Source: Octopus sinensis (taxonomy: Eukaryota). From it: a DNA stretch of 39,764 bases. The DNA is taken from NCBI RefSeq assembly GCF_006345805.1, contig NW_021835529.1:1-39764 (forward strand). Direction: 5' to 3'. The translations under genes and the position numbers were made by a program. Below, one piece after another: positions 23,420 through 35,900 of this stretch. Below the pieces are notes generated by a model, which was not told the origin of the DNA, made no database searches, and was given only the letters and a program-made list of their open reading frames with translations. Every line of letters starts with the position of its first letter. Within the stretch, counting starts at the first letter, position 1.

Positions 23420-23730
23420 AAACGGGATGGTCACGGTGGGATATCTTTAGGTCAACTCGATCAGGGGCAACATAGAGCTAAGTAACAACGACAACTAAAG
23501 CTGTAAATACAACTTTCGCGGTTACAATTGCGAGCCAACGAGGATGATCCTTCATAGTTAGTCAACTTGCTAGAAATAACAGCCAAGTACCCATTCAATC
23601 ACACCTTCTGCCCATTTATATCTTCTTAAGAGAGAGGACCATAGGAAATGTAACTTGAGAGTTGGTCATGGTTGAAATGCTTTTGAGCATAGATTGGTTT
23701 AATCACAGCTGATCGGGGAGCTGTGTAACG
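23420..23730 (+). mobile_element. Two decayed copies of a further SINE-like family ending in AAC-type repeats (family C)
   Basis: Shared blocks GGATGGTCACGG/GTTGGTCATGG..ATAG..GATC and GCTAGAAATAACAGCC. Related pieces on the minus strand near 26100-26250 and 26615-26660. Confidence 0.45.
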
Positions 23731-23995
23731 ACGGTGATGATGAGGACGATAACAACAAAGGCCACAGTGGTGATGAGGATGGAGACGACAATGACGATGA
23801 TGATGATGGTAACAATAATAGCGACAACAACAATGATAACAGCAATGACGATGATAACGATGACAACGACGATAACAGCAATGATGACGATAACAACGAT
23901 GACAACGACGACGACAACAACAACAACGATAACAGCATTGACAACGATAATAACAATGACGACGATGACAACAACAACAACAACAACAACAACAA
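23730..23995. repeat. Mixed (GAT/GAC/AAC)n triplet array
   Basis: Direct reading. Confidence 0.9.
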
Positions 23996-25329
23996 GAGTG
24001 ACCGTTTGTGGCTTTGCAGCAGAGTGTCAGAGAATTCATTGTATTTGCAAGACCTTATGGCGAACTGGAGAAATCAATAGATTTCACAGCAACGTAGCTT
24101 TCGTGCCATCATAAATTAAACCTATTTGTTCTTGCAGAATGTCTGTGAGAATTATTGAGACATCTCGTAGAATTTCAAGCCATTCCGAAGTGAAACAATT
24201 GCTTATGACGGCATCAATATATATTGCAGAGCTGGTCTCGTTAGGAATTAGCGGAATTGGTTTATGCCGCCTCTTTTAATCATTTCTCTTTAAATGGTCC
24301 GTTCACATGTCATTCTTATCACGGTCCTTTAGACTTGGCTACTGGGCAAGAAAGTCGCGCATATATAAACGCATATATATATATACATACACATGCATAC
24401 ACAGGCATACGGTATTTAGAAACACACACATACACACACATTCATGCACATACAACCAACACGCGATATTTAGATAGATACATACTCACATATACAAAGT
24501 ATTTAAACTTATACATACATACATACATACATACATACAAACATACACACTCACGACATCCTGACACAAACATACGCATACACACACACGCGATATTTTG
24601 ACACGTTCTTACACATACTCATACGTTATATAGACTATACAAACAAGATATTCAGGTACATATATACACACATGCCTTAATTACACACCTGCATGCACAT
24701 ACCACATTTTGGCACAAACACATATACATACACGGTATTTGTAACACATACATACGCAATACTTAGAAACATGCATACAGTATACACAAGATATATACAC
24801 ATGATATTTAGACATATACTCATAATGTATTTAGATGCATACATGCACGTACCATATTTTGACAACATATACTTAAACGTATATTAATATTAATATGTAC
24901 ATAGAGACGATAGTTAGACACGTACACACAAGACATTTATATACACACATGAGTTAAGAACGTATAGACACAATGCTATGACTCACATATATACACTCAA
25001 AAGCACGATATTTGGGAACATACATGCATACACACATATATATATATACACTATATTTAAACATACATCCCCTCACGTAGTTGACTGAAAAATATGCACA
25101 CACACTTCTACATATACTCACGCATACATGGCCACACGTATATATGACGTACGCACACCCACACACCCACATACACGCAACAAATAAATTCACACATTCA
25201 CGAACACACATTCGCTTTTACAGACACATTGATATACACACGTTTACACAGGCACATACATTCATACACATACACATACCCTTAAACACACTCTCACGTA
25301 AAGAAATACACACGCGCGCACGCACTTGC

Positions 25330-25586
25330 AAAGCGAAGAGAGAAATTAAAAGGAACAGAAAGTGTGAAGCAAGAAAAAAAAAGGGGGGAGGAGAAAGAAA
25401 TATAGAGAGAGAGCAGTGAGGGAAATGGGAATAGAAAGAGGAGTGAACGAAGGGGAGGAGAGAGAAAATGGTAAGAGAATAAGATTTGGAGATAGCAAAG
25501 TGATAGAGACATAAATGTGTGTGTATGAGCGAGAGGGAGAGAGAAGAGGGAAAGGGGATTGGTGAGAGGAAGTTGAAATGTAAAAG

Positions 25587-25626
<40 letters not shown>

Positions 25627-25975
25627 TTGAGAAATGAGGGGAGAGAAAGAGCAGTAGAGAGAGTTAATGTTATAGAAAGAGAGAAGTAGGGAGAGCTAAT
25701 ATTATAGGAAGAGGTAGAGAGAGAGTCAGTGTGATAGGGAGGAGAGAAAGAGAGGTAGAGTGAATCTTGATAGGAAGAGAGAGAAAATGATGGAGAGAGA
25801 GAGAGAGAGAGTCGAATGTGATAGGCAGGGGAGAGTGTTTGAGAGAGTCAAATGTTATTGGAAGTGGGAGAGAAAGAGAGAGGTAGAGAGAGTCTCTAGG
25901 ATAAAGAAGAAAGAGAGACAGGCAGATAGAAAAAGGCAAGAGGGACGGTGAGAGACAAGGCTAAAATGGAAGAAT
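25330..25975. repeat. Polypurine (GA-rich) tract, about 640 bp
   Basis: Direct reading; includes (GA)n and a degenerate GAGAGTCAATGTGATAGG-like unit. Confidence 0.85.
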
Positions 25976-26919
25976 ACAAAAGCTGTAAATGAAATCCCAG
26001 AACCAAGAAATTATTGCAGTATTGGCAACAGGAATTGAACCAGCGATGTCTCAGCCTGATGAGATTACCTTCAAATACCTGGATACTGTTGTGTATTTTC
26101 TTGCTATTGTGGTTTAAGCCCCAGGTCAGCCTTGATTTAACCAATCTATGATGAAAAGAGATCCGACCATGTAGTTCCCTTTTTAAAGATTGTTTGAGGT
26201 TTGGCTATTATTTCTAACAAATCCAGAGTTCCCATTGCAGTATAAATAGTGGTGATAGTGGTGGTGTAGTGGGGGCGGTGATGGTGATGAGTGCATCAGA
26301 GTGAGAGAGAGAGGGGGAGAGAGAGAGAAAGAAAGAGAGAAAGCGAGAGAGAAAGAGAGTGTGTGAATATGTGTGAGTGAATGTGTGTGTGTGTGTGTGT
26401 GTGTGATGTTGTTTAGCCTAGTTCAGCCTTGGTCATATTCATGTTCTTGAAGATAGTTGTGTGTGTGTGTGTCTGTGTGTTTGCATGTGTGTGTTACATT
26501 CATATGTGCGTGTGTGCACGTATGTGTGTGTGGACATATGTATGTGTATGAATTTGTATGCGTGTGAGTGTGAATTTGTGATTGTGTGTGAGAGTGTTTG
26601 TGTGTGAATGTGTTAAGCCGATGCCAGCCTTGAACAAGCAGACTTATGATCAAAGGTATTCCATCCATGACCAACAGTCTTAAAATCAAAATAAGGACAC
26701 ATTGTTTTACATAGTCCCAGATATAATAAAAACATTTGATGGTCAGTTTTGGAATGTCTTTGATCATAGGTATGCCAGCACATAGCTAGAGTGTGTGCTT
26801 CCCAGGACAACCCCTAAGTCAGTATTCTCTTTCCACCACCAGTATGGTATTAGCCTTTACTGTCCTACCCATGCCAGCATGGAAAGTGGATGTTAAATGA
26901 TGATGATGAGGAGGATGAG

Positions 26920-26990
26920 CAGCATTTCTCAACTGTGGTTGCCAGGAACCCTAGGGTTCTGCAAAAGGTTCCTAGAGGCTCTGCAAGAAA
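26920..26990. mobile_element. hAT-type MITE left-end fragment
   Basis: CAGCATTTCTCAAC...GGAACCCTAGGGTTC resembles Charlie-type termini. No right end found. Confidence 0.4.
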
Positions 26991-27011
26991 GAGTGAGATA
27001 ACCTAATGCTA

Positions 27012-27497
27012 ATTAGATTGGAGGAGATGCTTGAGTTTGTCCAAAAGCTTCATAGTGTGGCCTTTCCTCTTGTTGTTGATGGATTGGGATAAAAATTGGT
27101 CCTTTCTCATCTTATATGAGGAATACTGAATGTCTTCATGCCCTACATGCATGATAAGAAGCTCAGACACTCCCATGTCCCTGGTGATGGACCCGATTGA
27201 CTTAGAGGGATCGTTGTCAATCATGGCCTGGATCTCAACAATAAATGCAAGAGTTCTTTTCTTATCAGAATGGTCAGAGTGAGCTTTCCAAACTGCAATA
27301 CCATCATAATCACCATTAGACTCATCCAACACTTACCGCATTCTCTGTACTGTCAGGATGGTATAAAGCAATGTCATCTTCTCTTCAGGGAAGTGAAGAA
27401 ACGAAACTCGTCAATAAGACATTTTAACAGCAAATGTTGGATATGTATCGTGATTTACTCAACGCTATTAATATTGTTTGATTTTTTGCTACCCTGG
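27012..27497 (-). mobile_element. Tc1/mariner (maT/DD37D-like) left end plus transposase N-terminal HTH region
   Basis: Peptide EIQAMIDNDPSKSIGSITRDMGVSE...HEDIQYSSYKMRKDQFLSQ...KLLDKLKH. Left end reads CAGGGTAGCAAAAAATC at about 27496. Subfamily call is from recall; the catalytic domain is absent. Confidence 0.8.
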
Positions 27498-27570
27498 TAA
27501 CTATTTATCTATCTTTTCCGTGTTTATTGTTAACAAGGGAAAAATACACTCATCTATTTTTATATGTATA

Positions 27571-27607
<37 letters not shown>

Positions 27608-27618
27608 CATCATCATAT

Positions 27619-27665
<47 letters not shown>

Positions 27666-27668
27666 CAT

Positions 27669-27709
<41 letters not shown>

Positions 27710-27754
27710 CATATATATATATATATTTGTGTGTGTGTGTTTGTGCTTTTGCAC

Positions 27755-27960
27755 TTGTGTTGTATTTGTCCCTCAACACCACTTGACAACTGGTGTTGGT
27801 TTGTTTACATCCATGTAACTTAGCATTTTGTCAAAAGATCCCCCTAGAATAAGTACCAGATTTAAAAACAAATACTTGAGTTGATCTGTTCAACTAAAAC
27901 TCTTTCAAGGGAGTGCCCCAGCATGGCCACAGTCCAACGACTGAAACAGGGAAAAGAGTG
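27755..27960 (+). mobile_element. Family-B SINE 3' half
   Basis: CACTTGACAACTGGTGTTGG..GAATAAGTACC..CCCAGCATGGCCACAGTC..GACTGAAAC. Confidence 0.8.
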
Positions 27961-28289
27961 GAAAATGAAAAGAATAAATGTCTGAAACAACATTGTTTGA
28001 TGTGTCCTTGTAGTTTCTAAGACAGTTTGGGTGTGGTATGAGAAGACTTGGCTGCTATTTCTAAGGAGCCCTTCCATTGGTTTGTAGTGTCATTTAAGTA
28101 TTTGGCATTTAGCCTCTACTGTTTACTAATTAGCTTGTGTGTAACAGAGTGTCGTAAAGCACTCATGTGCGAAGGGTTGGATACAAGACTTTGCAAGGGA
28201 CTTCAAACACAGCTTTGTGTGTGTGTGTGTGTGTGTGTGTTGCGTTCTGTGGTCATATTAACTAAGGTGCCTCCCTTATAGTCTTGTCT

Positions 28290-28916
28290 ACTGGTGCAGT
28301 GTACTAATAAGGATGGTAGTGCTGGTGCTGGTGGGGAAGCAGTCAGTGTGGTGGTAGGGAAGACAAAGGGGAAGAGGGAGGAGGAGGAAGACAAAGGAGG
28401 TGGAGCAGAAGAAGAAGAAGAAGAAGACTGGAGAAGAAGAAGAAGAAGAAGAAGAAGACAGAAGAAGAAGAAGAAGAGGAAGAAGAAGACAGAAGAAGAA
28501 GAAGAAGAAGAAGAAGAAGAAGAAGAAGAAGAAGAAGAAGAAGGAATGATGACAATGATGATGATGTAGAGAAGGAGAAGAAGGAAGAGGGAGGAGGAGG
28601 AGGAGCATGGATATTATGACGAAGAAATTAAGATGATGATGCTGGGGATGATGATGATGATGATGATGAAGAGGGGGAGGAGAGGAGGAAGAGGATGCAC
28701 ATTGTGATGAAAAAATTAAGAGAGAGGTGATGATACTGACGATGATGATGATGATGATTATAATGATGATGACCAAGAAATTAAGAAGAAGCTGGTGGTT
28801 GTGGAAGTGGAAGTGGAGGTGATGATGATGATGATGATGACGATGATGATGATGATGACGATGAATAAGCGAGTTCAAAGGATTCACTAAATATTCAGGA
28901 TGTTTGCTAATAACAC

Positions 28917-28983
<67 letters not shown>

Positions 28984-29020
28984 AATAACAATTTCAAGAG
29001 TAGTAGTAGTGGTAGTAGTT
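28290..29020. repeat. Serial triplet arrays (GGT, GAG, GAA, GAT, AAT, GTA)
   Basis: Direct reading. Confidence 0.95.
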
Positions 29021-29383
29021 ATTGAGATTCAGGCAATAAAGTCTTGGAGAACCAACATGTCAAGATTGGTAACCATGCATTTCAAAGCGAGTGGGTGGGG
29101 GGGGGAAGATTTATACGTTAGTGTGTGTGTGTGTGTGTGTGTGTATTAGGATGCGTATGCATATTATTTGGTATACATATGGATGTGTGTGCATGTACAC
29201 ATGTTTGTGTGTATATTAGAGTGTGTGTATATATATATATATATACGTCTGTGCATGTACATGTGAGTGATGGCATATGTACTTCTCTGTGTGTGTGCGT
29301 GCACTTTTCTAATTGTAAATTTCTGTGAGTGTATCCATGTGGCTATGTGTGTGAGAATGTGTGCACTTATTAATGCACCAATA

Positions 29384-29416
<33 letters not shown>

Positions 29417-29824
29417 TTGTCGCTTTGTGTGTTTGTGAGAGATTTTCTATGTGGAGGTGTTTGCACAATTGTGTGTGTATGGTGTATATGCAACTCTGCC
29501 ATTATGTGCAGATTTTATAGTTGTGGTCATTTAGTGTTTAGTATGTGTAAGACTGTATATATATATCTGAGTTTGCATGTATGTATTTGTATGTGTATGT
29601 GTTTGCATGTGTATGAGAGAGTAATTGAGTGTCTCCATAGGGATGTGTTCATGAGATTGTATGTGTGTGTGTGATTATGTGCAGCTGTGTATGTGTAAGT
29701 GTGCATGATGGTATTGATGTGGTCCTTTAGTGTTTAGTATGTGTTTGTAAGACAGCTATGTATATCTGTATGTGTATGCATGTATGCATTTGTGAATGCA
29801 CATTAAATACAATGTCATGCCCTT

Positions 29825-30135
29825 CTATCACGCATCCCTGACACTAATCCCATCCTCATCTTCCCCTTCAACTCCTCCTTCTTCAGCCTTTTGACCTTTT
29901 CCAATTCCTTTTCACTATGGACTCCAAGTCCCGCTAAACTATTATCCCCCACGCTGATGGTCACTTGGAGCTAAAATATTTTCTTGACCATCATACCATG
30001 TTTTATTCCATGACCACCACCACCACCTCCACCACCAAACTTACACTATGCATCCTGTCCCTCGCTGAATGCTTCCTTGCCCTCAAGTGCTTCTTCTTTT
30101 CCAGGACATTTTAGCAGCAGGCCAATGGGCAGGTC
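29825..30135 (+). mobile_element. Penelope-like retroelement reverse-transcriptase fragment, decayed
   Basis: From 29911: FTMDSKSR*TIIPHADGHLELKYFLDH...ILSLAECFLALKCFFFSRTF*QQ then an AMG-like remnant. This matches the PLE RT pattern FTMDxxSLYTxIPH...L.LAE.vL.lN.F.F....QQ..G.AMG. IPDTN lies upstream in another frame. Confidence 0.75.
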
Positions 30136-30261
30136 ATTGGAGATTCATTTAAGCATTGAATAGAATAAATTGTGATATTTGTTCAAGCCTCAATGTTGTA
30201 AGTTCAAACCTACCAAGATCCATTTTGCCTTTTAACTTTTCAAGCTCCTCATCATTGTGAT

Positions 30262-30485
30262 TATCATCATCATCATCATCATCATTGTTGTTGTCGTCAT
30301 TTTAGCATCCATTTTTCCATGCTTGCTCTGGGTTGGACAGAATTTATCAAAGTAGATTTTTAGATTCTCAACAGCTGGGCACCTTTCCTATTGCCAGCAA
30401 TTACCTGCTTTGAAGCAAAATAATATTTCCCCAAGTTGTTCATAGACTATTGGAAATGAATGGCATTCATTTACAACAATCATAC
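30262..30485 (-). mobile_element. SINE 3' portion with RTE-like tail and (GAT)n
   Basis: Reverse complement reads CAAGCATGGAAAAATGGATGCTAAAATGAC..(GAT)n. Confidence 0.7.
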
Positions 30486-30503
30486 ACTCTCTCTCTCTCC
30501 CCC

Positions 30504-30534
<31 letters not shown>

Positions 30535-30974
30535 GACACACACATCTAGTCATACATATAAATACATACATACATACATATCCATATATATATATACATA
30601 TATATATATATCGAAATTGCTAAGATGATCTGGTTCTTGACTGATGACTGAGGGCTTCGAATGTCCCGTCCTGTGGTTCTTGTGTCGTCTCTGTGGTGTT
30701 TCATGTTCTTGTCCATGTCTGTAATTATTTTTACTGTTTACCTATATATATATATATATATATTATTCTAAAACAAGAATATTTATTGACAGTGGCTCTG
30801 AAGTTTTGGCCAGTTAGACAGTCCAACAATGGCCTAATTCGCCAAAACTTCGAAGAATATTAAATTTTTTGTACTCCTCAAAAATATAGAGTAACCCATT
30901 AGATTAATGGAAAACTGTTTTTATTATAACTGAACATTAAAACAAATATATACATACTTTCATATTTGTTTTTT

Positions 30975-31368
30975 TACTTGTTTCAGCCATTTGACTGTGG
31001 CCATGCTGGAGCACCGCCTTTAGTCGAGCAAATCGACCCCAGGACTTATTCTTTGTAAGCCTAGTACTTACTCTATCGGTCTCTTTTGCCGAACCACTAA
31101 GTTACGGGGACGCAAGCACACCAGCATCGGTTGTCAAGCGATGTTGGGGGGACAAACACAGACACACAAACATACACACATACATATGTATATATACATA
31201 TATACGACGGGCTTCTTTCAGTTTCCGTCTACCAAATCTACTCACAAGGCTTTGGCCAGCCCGAGGCTATAGTAGAAGACACTTGCCCAAGATGCCACGC
31301 AGTGGGACTGAACCCGAAACCATGTGGTTGGTAAGCAAGCTACTTACCACACAGCCACTCCTGCGCCT
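30975..31368 (-). mobile_element. Family-B SINE, full length and young
   Basis: Complete head AGGCGCAGGAGTGGCTGTGTGG. Nearly identical to 8452-8843. Confidence 0.92.
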
Positions 31369-31545
31369 ATATATATATATTCTTTTATTCTTTTATTTCT
31401 TTCAGTCATTTGACCGTGGCCATGCTGTATACTGTATACTGGAAAGACCGATTGAAGATCACATGACTGCTACATGTCTAATTATATATGTCTAATTAAA
31501 GAGCACTGGGTCACTTTGACCCATAGTTTATCATTTCAATCCTCC

Positions 31546-32146
31546 TGGTTTCAGGTTCAGTCTCACTGTGTGGTATCTTGAGAAAGTATTTTCAGTTACA
31601 ACTGACCAAAACCCTGCATGTGGATTTGGCAGATGGAGACTGAAAGAAGCTCATTGTATGTTTGCATCTTCTTGTCTTGATATTGTGTGATTATTGTAAA
31701 TCAGTGGTTCCCAAAGTGAGCAGTACTCTGGGGTGATAATGGGGTAGGGATTCATGTAAAAAGTGGGGCAATAAAAGGGCAGCGATTCATATAAAAACAA
31801 CAAAATAATGGGTTCGTTAGGTCAAGTTTTATTTGTGAAATACAGTTGCTTTGAATTTGCTTTAGAAAGAGGTCTATGGTTGTGATGGTTAGTTGGGGTG
31901 GGTGTGCTAAGATTGTGGCCTGGTTGTCAAGGGGGTGGCACCCTGAAAAAGTTTGGGAACCACTGTTGTAAATGAATGTTATTCATTTCCAATGTTCTGC
32001 GAAAACATGGGCAAATATTATTTTGCTTGGAAACAAGTAAGGATTAGTGACAAGTGGGGCATCCAACAATAGAAAATTTGCCTCGATAAACTCCATATGA
32101 TCCATGCAAGCATGGGGAAAAGGAACGTTAAAATATTGATGATGAC
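31546..32146 (+). mobile_element. Diverged family-B-headed SINE with RTE-like tail, host of the hAT MITE
   Basis: GGTTCAGTCTCACTG..GTGGATTTGGCAGATGGAGACTGAAAGAAGC, then [MITE], then GATCCATGCAAGCATGG..ACGTTAAAAT..GATGATGAC. Confidence 0.75.
31702..31965. mobile_element. hAT (Charlie/Buster-type) MITE, 264 bp
   Basis: 14-bp perfect TIR CAGTGGTTCCCAAA / TTTGGGAACCACTG. Perfect 8-bp TSD TTGTAAAT at 31694-31701 and 31966-31973, with central TA. Confidence 0.95.
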
Positions 32147-33092
32147 AGCCACCAGCTTTAAAATAAAACTATAACAAAGAAACACATAAATCTATGTACA
32201 TCTTTATTGGTATTAATAGTAAACCTACAATGAATAAATTATATACTAAATAGTGACCAGTCTTTAAGCCCATACAAATGGTATAATACACACACACACA
32301 CACACACATATATATGTATACATATATATACATGCATATATGGGTACAGGATGTCACCAATGGCACAAAAAACATGAAATACATAAACAAGGGGAAAATG
32401 AGTGAAATACGTAAACAAAAAAAGAAATGGAAAACAGGACAAGTAAACACAGAAAAAGGACCCTTTATCAGTTTTTGGCTGTCTATCTACTCCTCATTTT
32501 GAGCATTCAACAACTATATATATATCAGGGAGAGAGCGAGAGAGAGACAGAGAGGAAAAGGAAGGTTTGCGGGGGACATGGAACAAACAAGAGAATACAG
32601 GAGTATATATATTTAATCTTCAACGAACAGCATGTTGCAAAACTGACTCAAAGGCTGAGAGTTTCATTTAAAGCATTTCCAAAACTAACTTCTGCCCATG
32701 TATACAAGCATCTACAGCTATATTTGTGATTTCACCATATCCCTGGCAGGGAGTCTGAAAGTGTGCTGTACTTTGCCAAAGGGCAGCCCATTGGGCAAGT
32801 ATCTTCTAGTATAGCCTTGAGCCAACCAAAGTCTTGTGAGTGGATTTGGTAGACTGAAAGTTGCCTTTAGTATATATACATATGCAATTTCAGTTTCTGT
32901 CTAATTATATATATTATATATATATATATTATATATATATATATTATACATATACTCACATATCAAGTGTTTGGCTAAATTTTATGATTCATATGCCTTC
33001 ATGTTCAAGAAGAGCTTCATGTATTGGTGAACAGTAAATGCCACCGTGGAGCATAATGATTAAAGTTGTAGTTGAGAAAAAAGTTAGCTGAC

Positions 33093-33687
33093 ATGGTGGA
33101 CAGGAAGCCATCTGAATATTGGAAAAGGGTTTTCTGTATCATGATGGTTTGGTCCAATTATCAAAATGCCAGCATCATGATTGCTGCTCAATGCTCTATG
33201 AACGTTATAAAAGCTGTAAAATGGGGCAAACTGTAATGGTTTTTGGTGTGTTTCCAGTGAAGGTGACAACATGCTTCCCATCTTTGAACAAAGTCCTAGG
33301 CTCAGTTCAGACGACTATGTGAAGCTGTTGGAGACTGTGGTCAAACCCTGGCTAGAGAGGGTTGCTGTTGGACAGCCATGTGTTCGGCAGCAAGATTTGG
33401 CTCCTTGCCATACCTCTAAAACGAATGAGAAGTGGTTGTTGGAGAATTTCTACGACTTCACCAGCTCCAGTTTCTGACCTTCAAAAACCCCTGATTGTAA
33501 TCTCATGGATTATTGTGTGTTTGAGAAAGATATCATCCACTCTGCCTGTCGCAGCAAGGCTGAGCTGGAAGCTAAGATCAAGGTGGAGTTCAAAGATCTT
33601 CCCAACGACACAGTGAGGAACATATGTGGCAGGTTCCAGAGCCATCTTGAGGCTGTGGGGAAAGCTGAGCGGGGCTACTTGGTGTAA
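33093..33687 (+). pseudogene. Internally deleted DD37D (maT-like) transposase relic
   Basis: N-terminus MVDRKPSEYWKR..IMIAAQCSMNVIK is fused to QTVMVFG, then KPWLERVAVGQPCVRQQD-LAPCHTSK..ENFYDFTSSSF*PSKTPDCNLM-D-Y. There are 37 residues between the two Asp. The first catalytic Asp region is missing. Confidence 0.88.
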
Positions 33688-33789
33688 ACTGTTATCTCTC
33701 AGCCATAATCTTGTTGACATTTAAAAAAAAATACTATTATTTTTGGTTAGGATACTGTTTCCTCTTCTTTTTATGTATATTTTTCCTTT

Positions 33790-34107
33790 ATCTTCTTTTA
33801 TTTGTTTCAGTCATGTGACAGCAGCCATGCTGGAGCACCACAATCTTCTAAGGCTAGTACTTATTCTATCAGTCTCTTTTGACAAACTACTAGGTTACAG
33901 TGATGTAAACACACCATCACCAGTTGGTGATGGTGGGGGGAGACAAACACAGACACACACACACACACACACCACACACAAAATATACGATGGGCTTCTT
34001 TCAGTTTCCATCTACTGAATCCATTCAAAAGGTGCCATGCTGTGGAACTGAACCTGGAACCATATGGTTAGGTTTCAAGCTTTTTACCACACAACCATGT
34101 CGGCACC
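33790..34107 (-). mobile_element. Family-B SINE with internal deletions
   Basis: GCCATGCTGGAGCACC, CTAGTACTTATTCTATCAGTCTCTTTTG, GGGCTTCTTTCAGTTTCC, GGAACTGAACCTGGAACC. Confidence 0.85.
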
Positions 34108-34153
34108 ATATATATATATATATATATACATATGCACCACACACACACACAAG

Positions 34154-34203
<50 letters not shown>

Positions 34204-34814
34204 ATTGCACCACAAGAATGAGAAAAGGAGGGGAAAGAAGGTGTAAAAGAGTTATAATAACATTTTAGAAAGAAGCATTATCAAAATTATCGTCATATTA
34301 TGTGGTACATTATTATAGAAGAGTAACTCTCAACAACTGGTGTGATAAAAAATAGCGATGTGTTAAAATAACTCATGTTCAAGATTATTATTTTAAAAAA
34401 AATTTTTACTTTTATTTTTTTTATTTCTTTCATTTTTAGAATTATCACTTTTTCTAATATTAATCTTTTTAAATTTTTCAATTTCACACCTTCACACCAT
34501 TCTCTCTCCCACCCCCCACATACACATGATCCACCTTTTCTGTTGTCCTTTATACTTCTCAAGCTTCCTCCTTCTCTGCACATCTCACGCACTGACACAC
34601 ACACACACACACACTCACTCACTAACACACACATACACACATACATGTTATTTTATCTTCTATTTACAACGACTACACAGCGTCATATACATACAGCATG
34701 TACCATGCACATACACTCAACATACAAACACACACATTTATCTAAATAGTCACATACATAATATACATATAACATATTCTTGTTAAAATACATACATTCA
34801 CATACACATACACA

Positions 34815-34846
<32 letters not shown>

Positions 34847-35160
34847 AGCATACATCAGAGTTCTTGTTCATTACCTCCCTTATCTCTAGCTTCTTTTTTG
34901 CTGAGAAACTCCGTATCAGTCTATTTGTGTCATTAGCCATTTCCTGATTCATCCACCATAAATACTGATAGAGAATCTTCTTTCTGATTCTGCTCTTTCT
35001 CTCTTTCTCTCTCTATCTCTCTCTCTCTCTCTCGATGAGGAGACATCATCCAAAATGTTGAATTCCTCTTGGTAATGAGTAAATGACAAATTGGCACAGT
35101 GGTTAGGGAGCTGAGAAGAATGCTTTGTGGTATTTATTCCAGCCCTCTGCATTCTGAAGG

Positions 35161-35790
35161 TGGTGATCTGACAGAATCGTTAACGTGTTAACAAGAAGGC
35201 AGTGAGCTGGCAGAAACGTTAGCACACCGGGCGAAATGCTGAGCGGTATTTCGTCTGCTGTTAAGTGTTCTGAGTTCAAATTCCGCCGAGGTCGACTTTG
35301 CCTTTCATCCTTTCGGAGTTGATTAAATAAGTACCAGTTACACACTGGGGTTAATATAATCAACTTAATCCATTTCTCTGTCCTTGTTTCTCCCCTCTGT
35401 GTGTAGCCCCTTGTGGGTTGTAAAGAAATAGGTATTTCGTCTGTCATTACATTCTCAGTTCAAATTCCACCAAGGTTGACTTTACCTTTCATCCTTTCGG
35501 AGTCGATTAAATAACTACCAGTTATGCACTGGGGTCGATATAATCGACTTAATCCATTCTCTGTTCTTGTTTCTCCCCTTTGTGTGTAGCCCCTTGTGGG
35601 TTGTAAAGAAACAAGAATCGTTAACAAGTCAGATTTTGTGCTTAGCAGCATTTCTTTTAGCTCTTCACATTCTAAGTTCAAATCCGACCAAAGTCAAATG
35701 TGCCTGTCATTCTTTCAGGGTTGGTAAAATTAAAGTACTGAGGGCTGAATGTAATTGACTTCTCTCCACCCCTCAAAAATTGCTGGCTTT
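35161..35790 (+). mobile_element. Family-A SINE dimer (35196-35612) nested in an older family-A SINE
   Basis: Two cores, each followed by the tail TTAATCCATT..TAGCCCCTTGTGGGTTGTAAAGAAA. AGAATCGTTAAC is duplicated at 35173-35184 and 35614-35625. The older core resumes after 35625. Confidence 0.85.
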
Positions 35791-35900
35791 GAACCTTGCC
35801 ACAGACTGGGATCCCATTCAAAGGAATGGTGTGATCTTGGTCTCTTATACAACATAGAAACTAGGTAAGTGACATTATGAGCTCTGTAGCTCAAGAATAT

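Noticed and set aside
24139-24279. 46-codon ORF after a strong acceptor (TTTGTTCTTGCAG)
   Set aside because: No homology, donor or poly(A) support.
26052-26080. Hammerhead ribozyme core (CTGATGAG)
   Set aside because: No stem II or GAAA downstream. The same holds for CTGATGA at about 10207, 16919 and 30642.
30799-30851. 11-bp inverted repeat GAAGTTTTGGC/GCCAAAACTTC as a MITE
   Set aside because: Too short, no TSD and no second copy in the window.
32455-32510. Type II hammerhead on the minus strand of a PLE-like module
   Set aside because: The core reads CAAAA...CTGATAA rather than GAAA...CTGATGA, and stems I and III cannot be formed.
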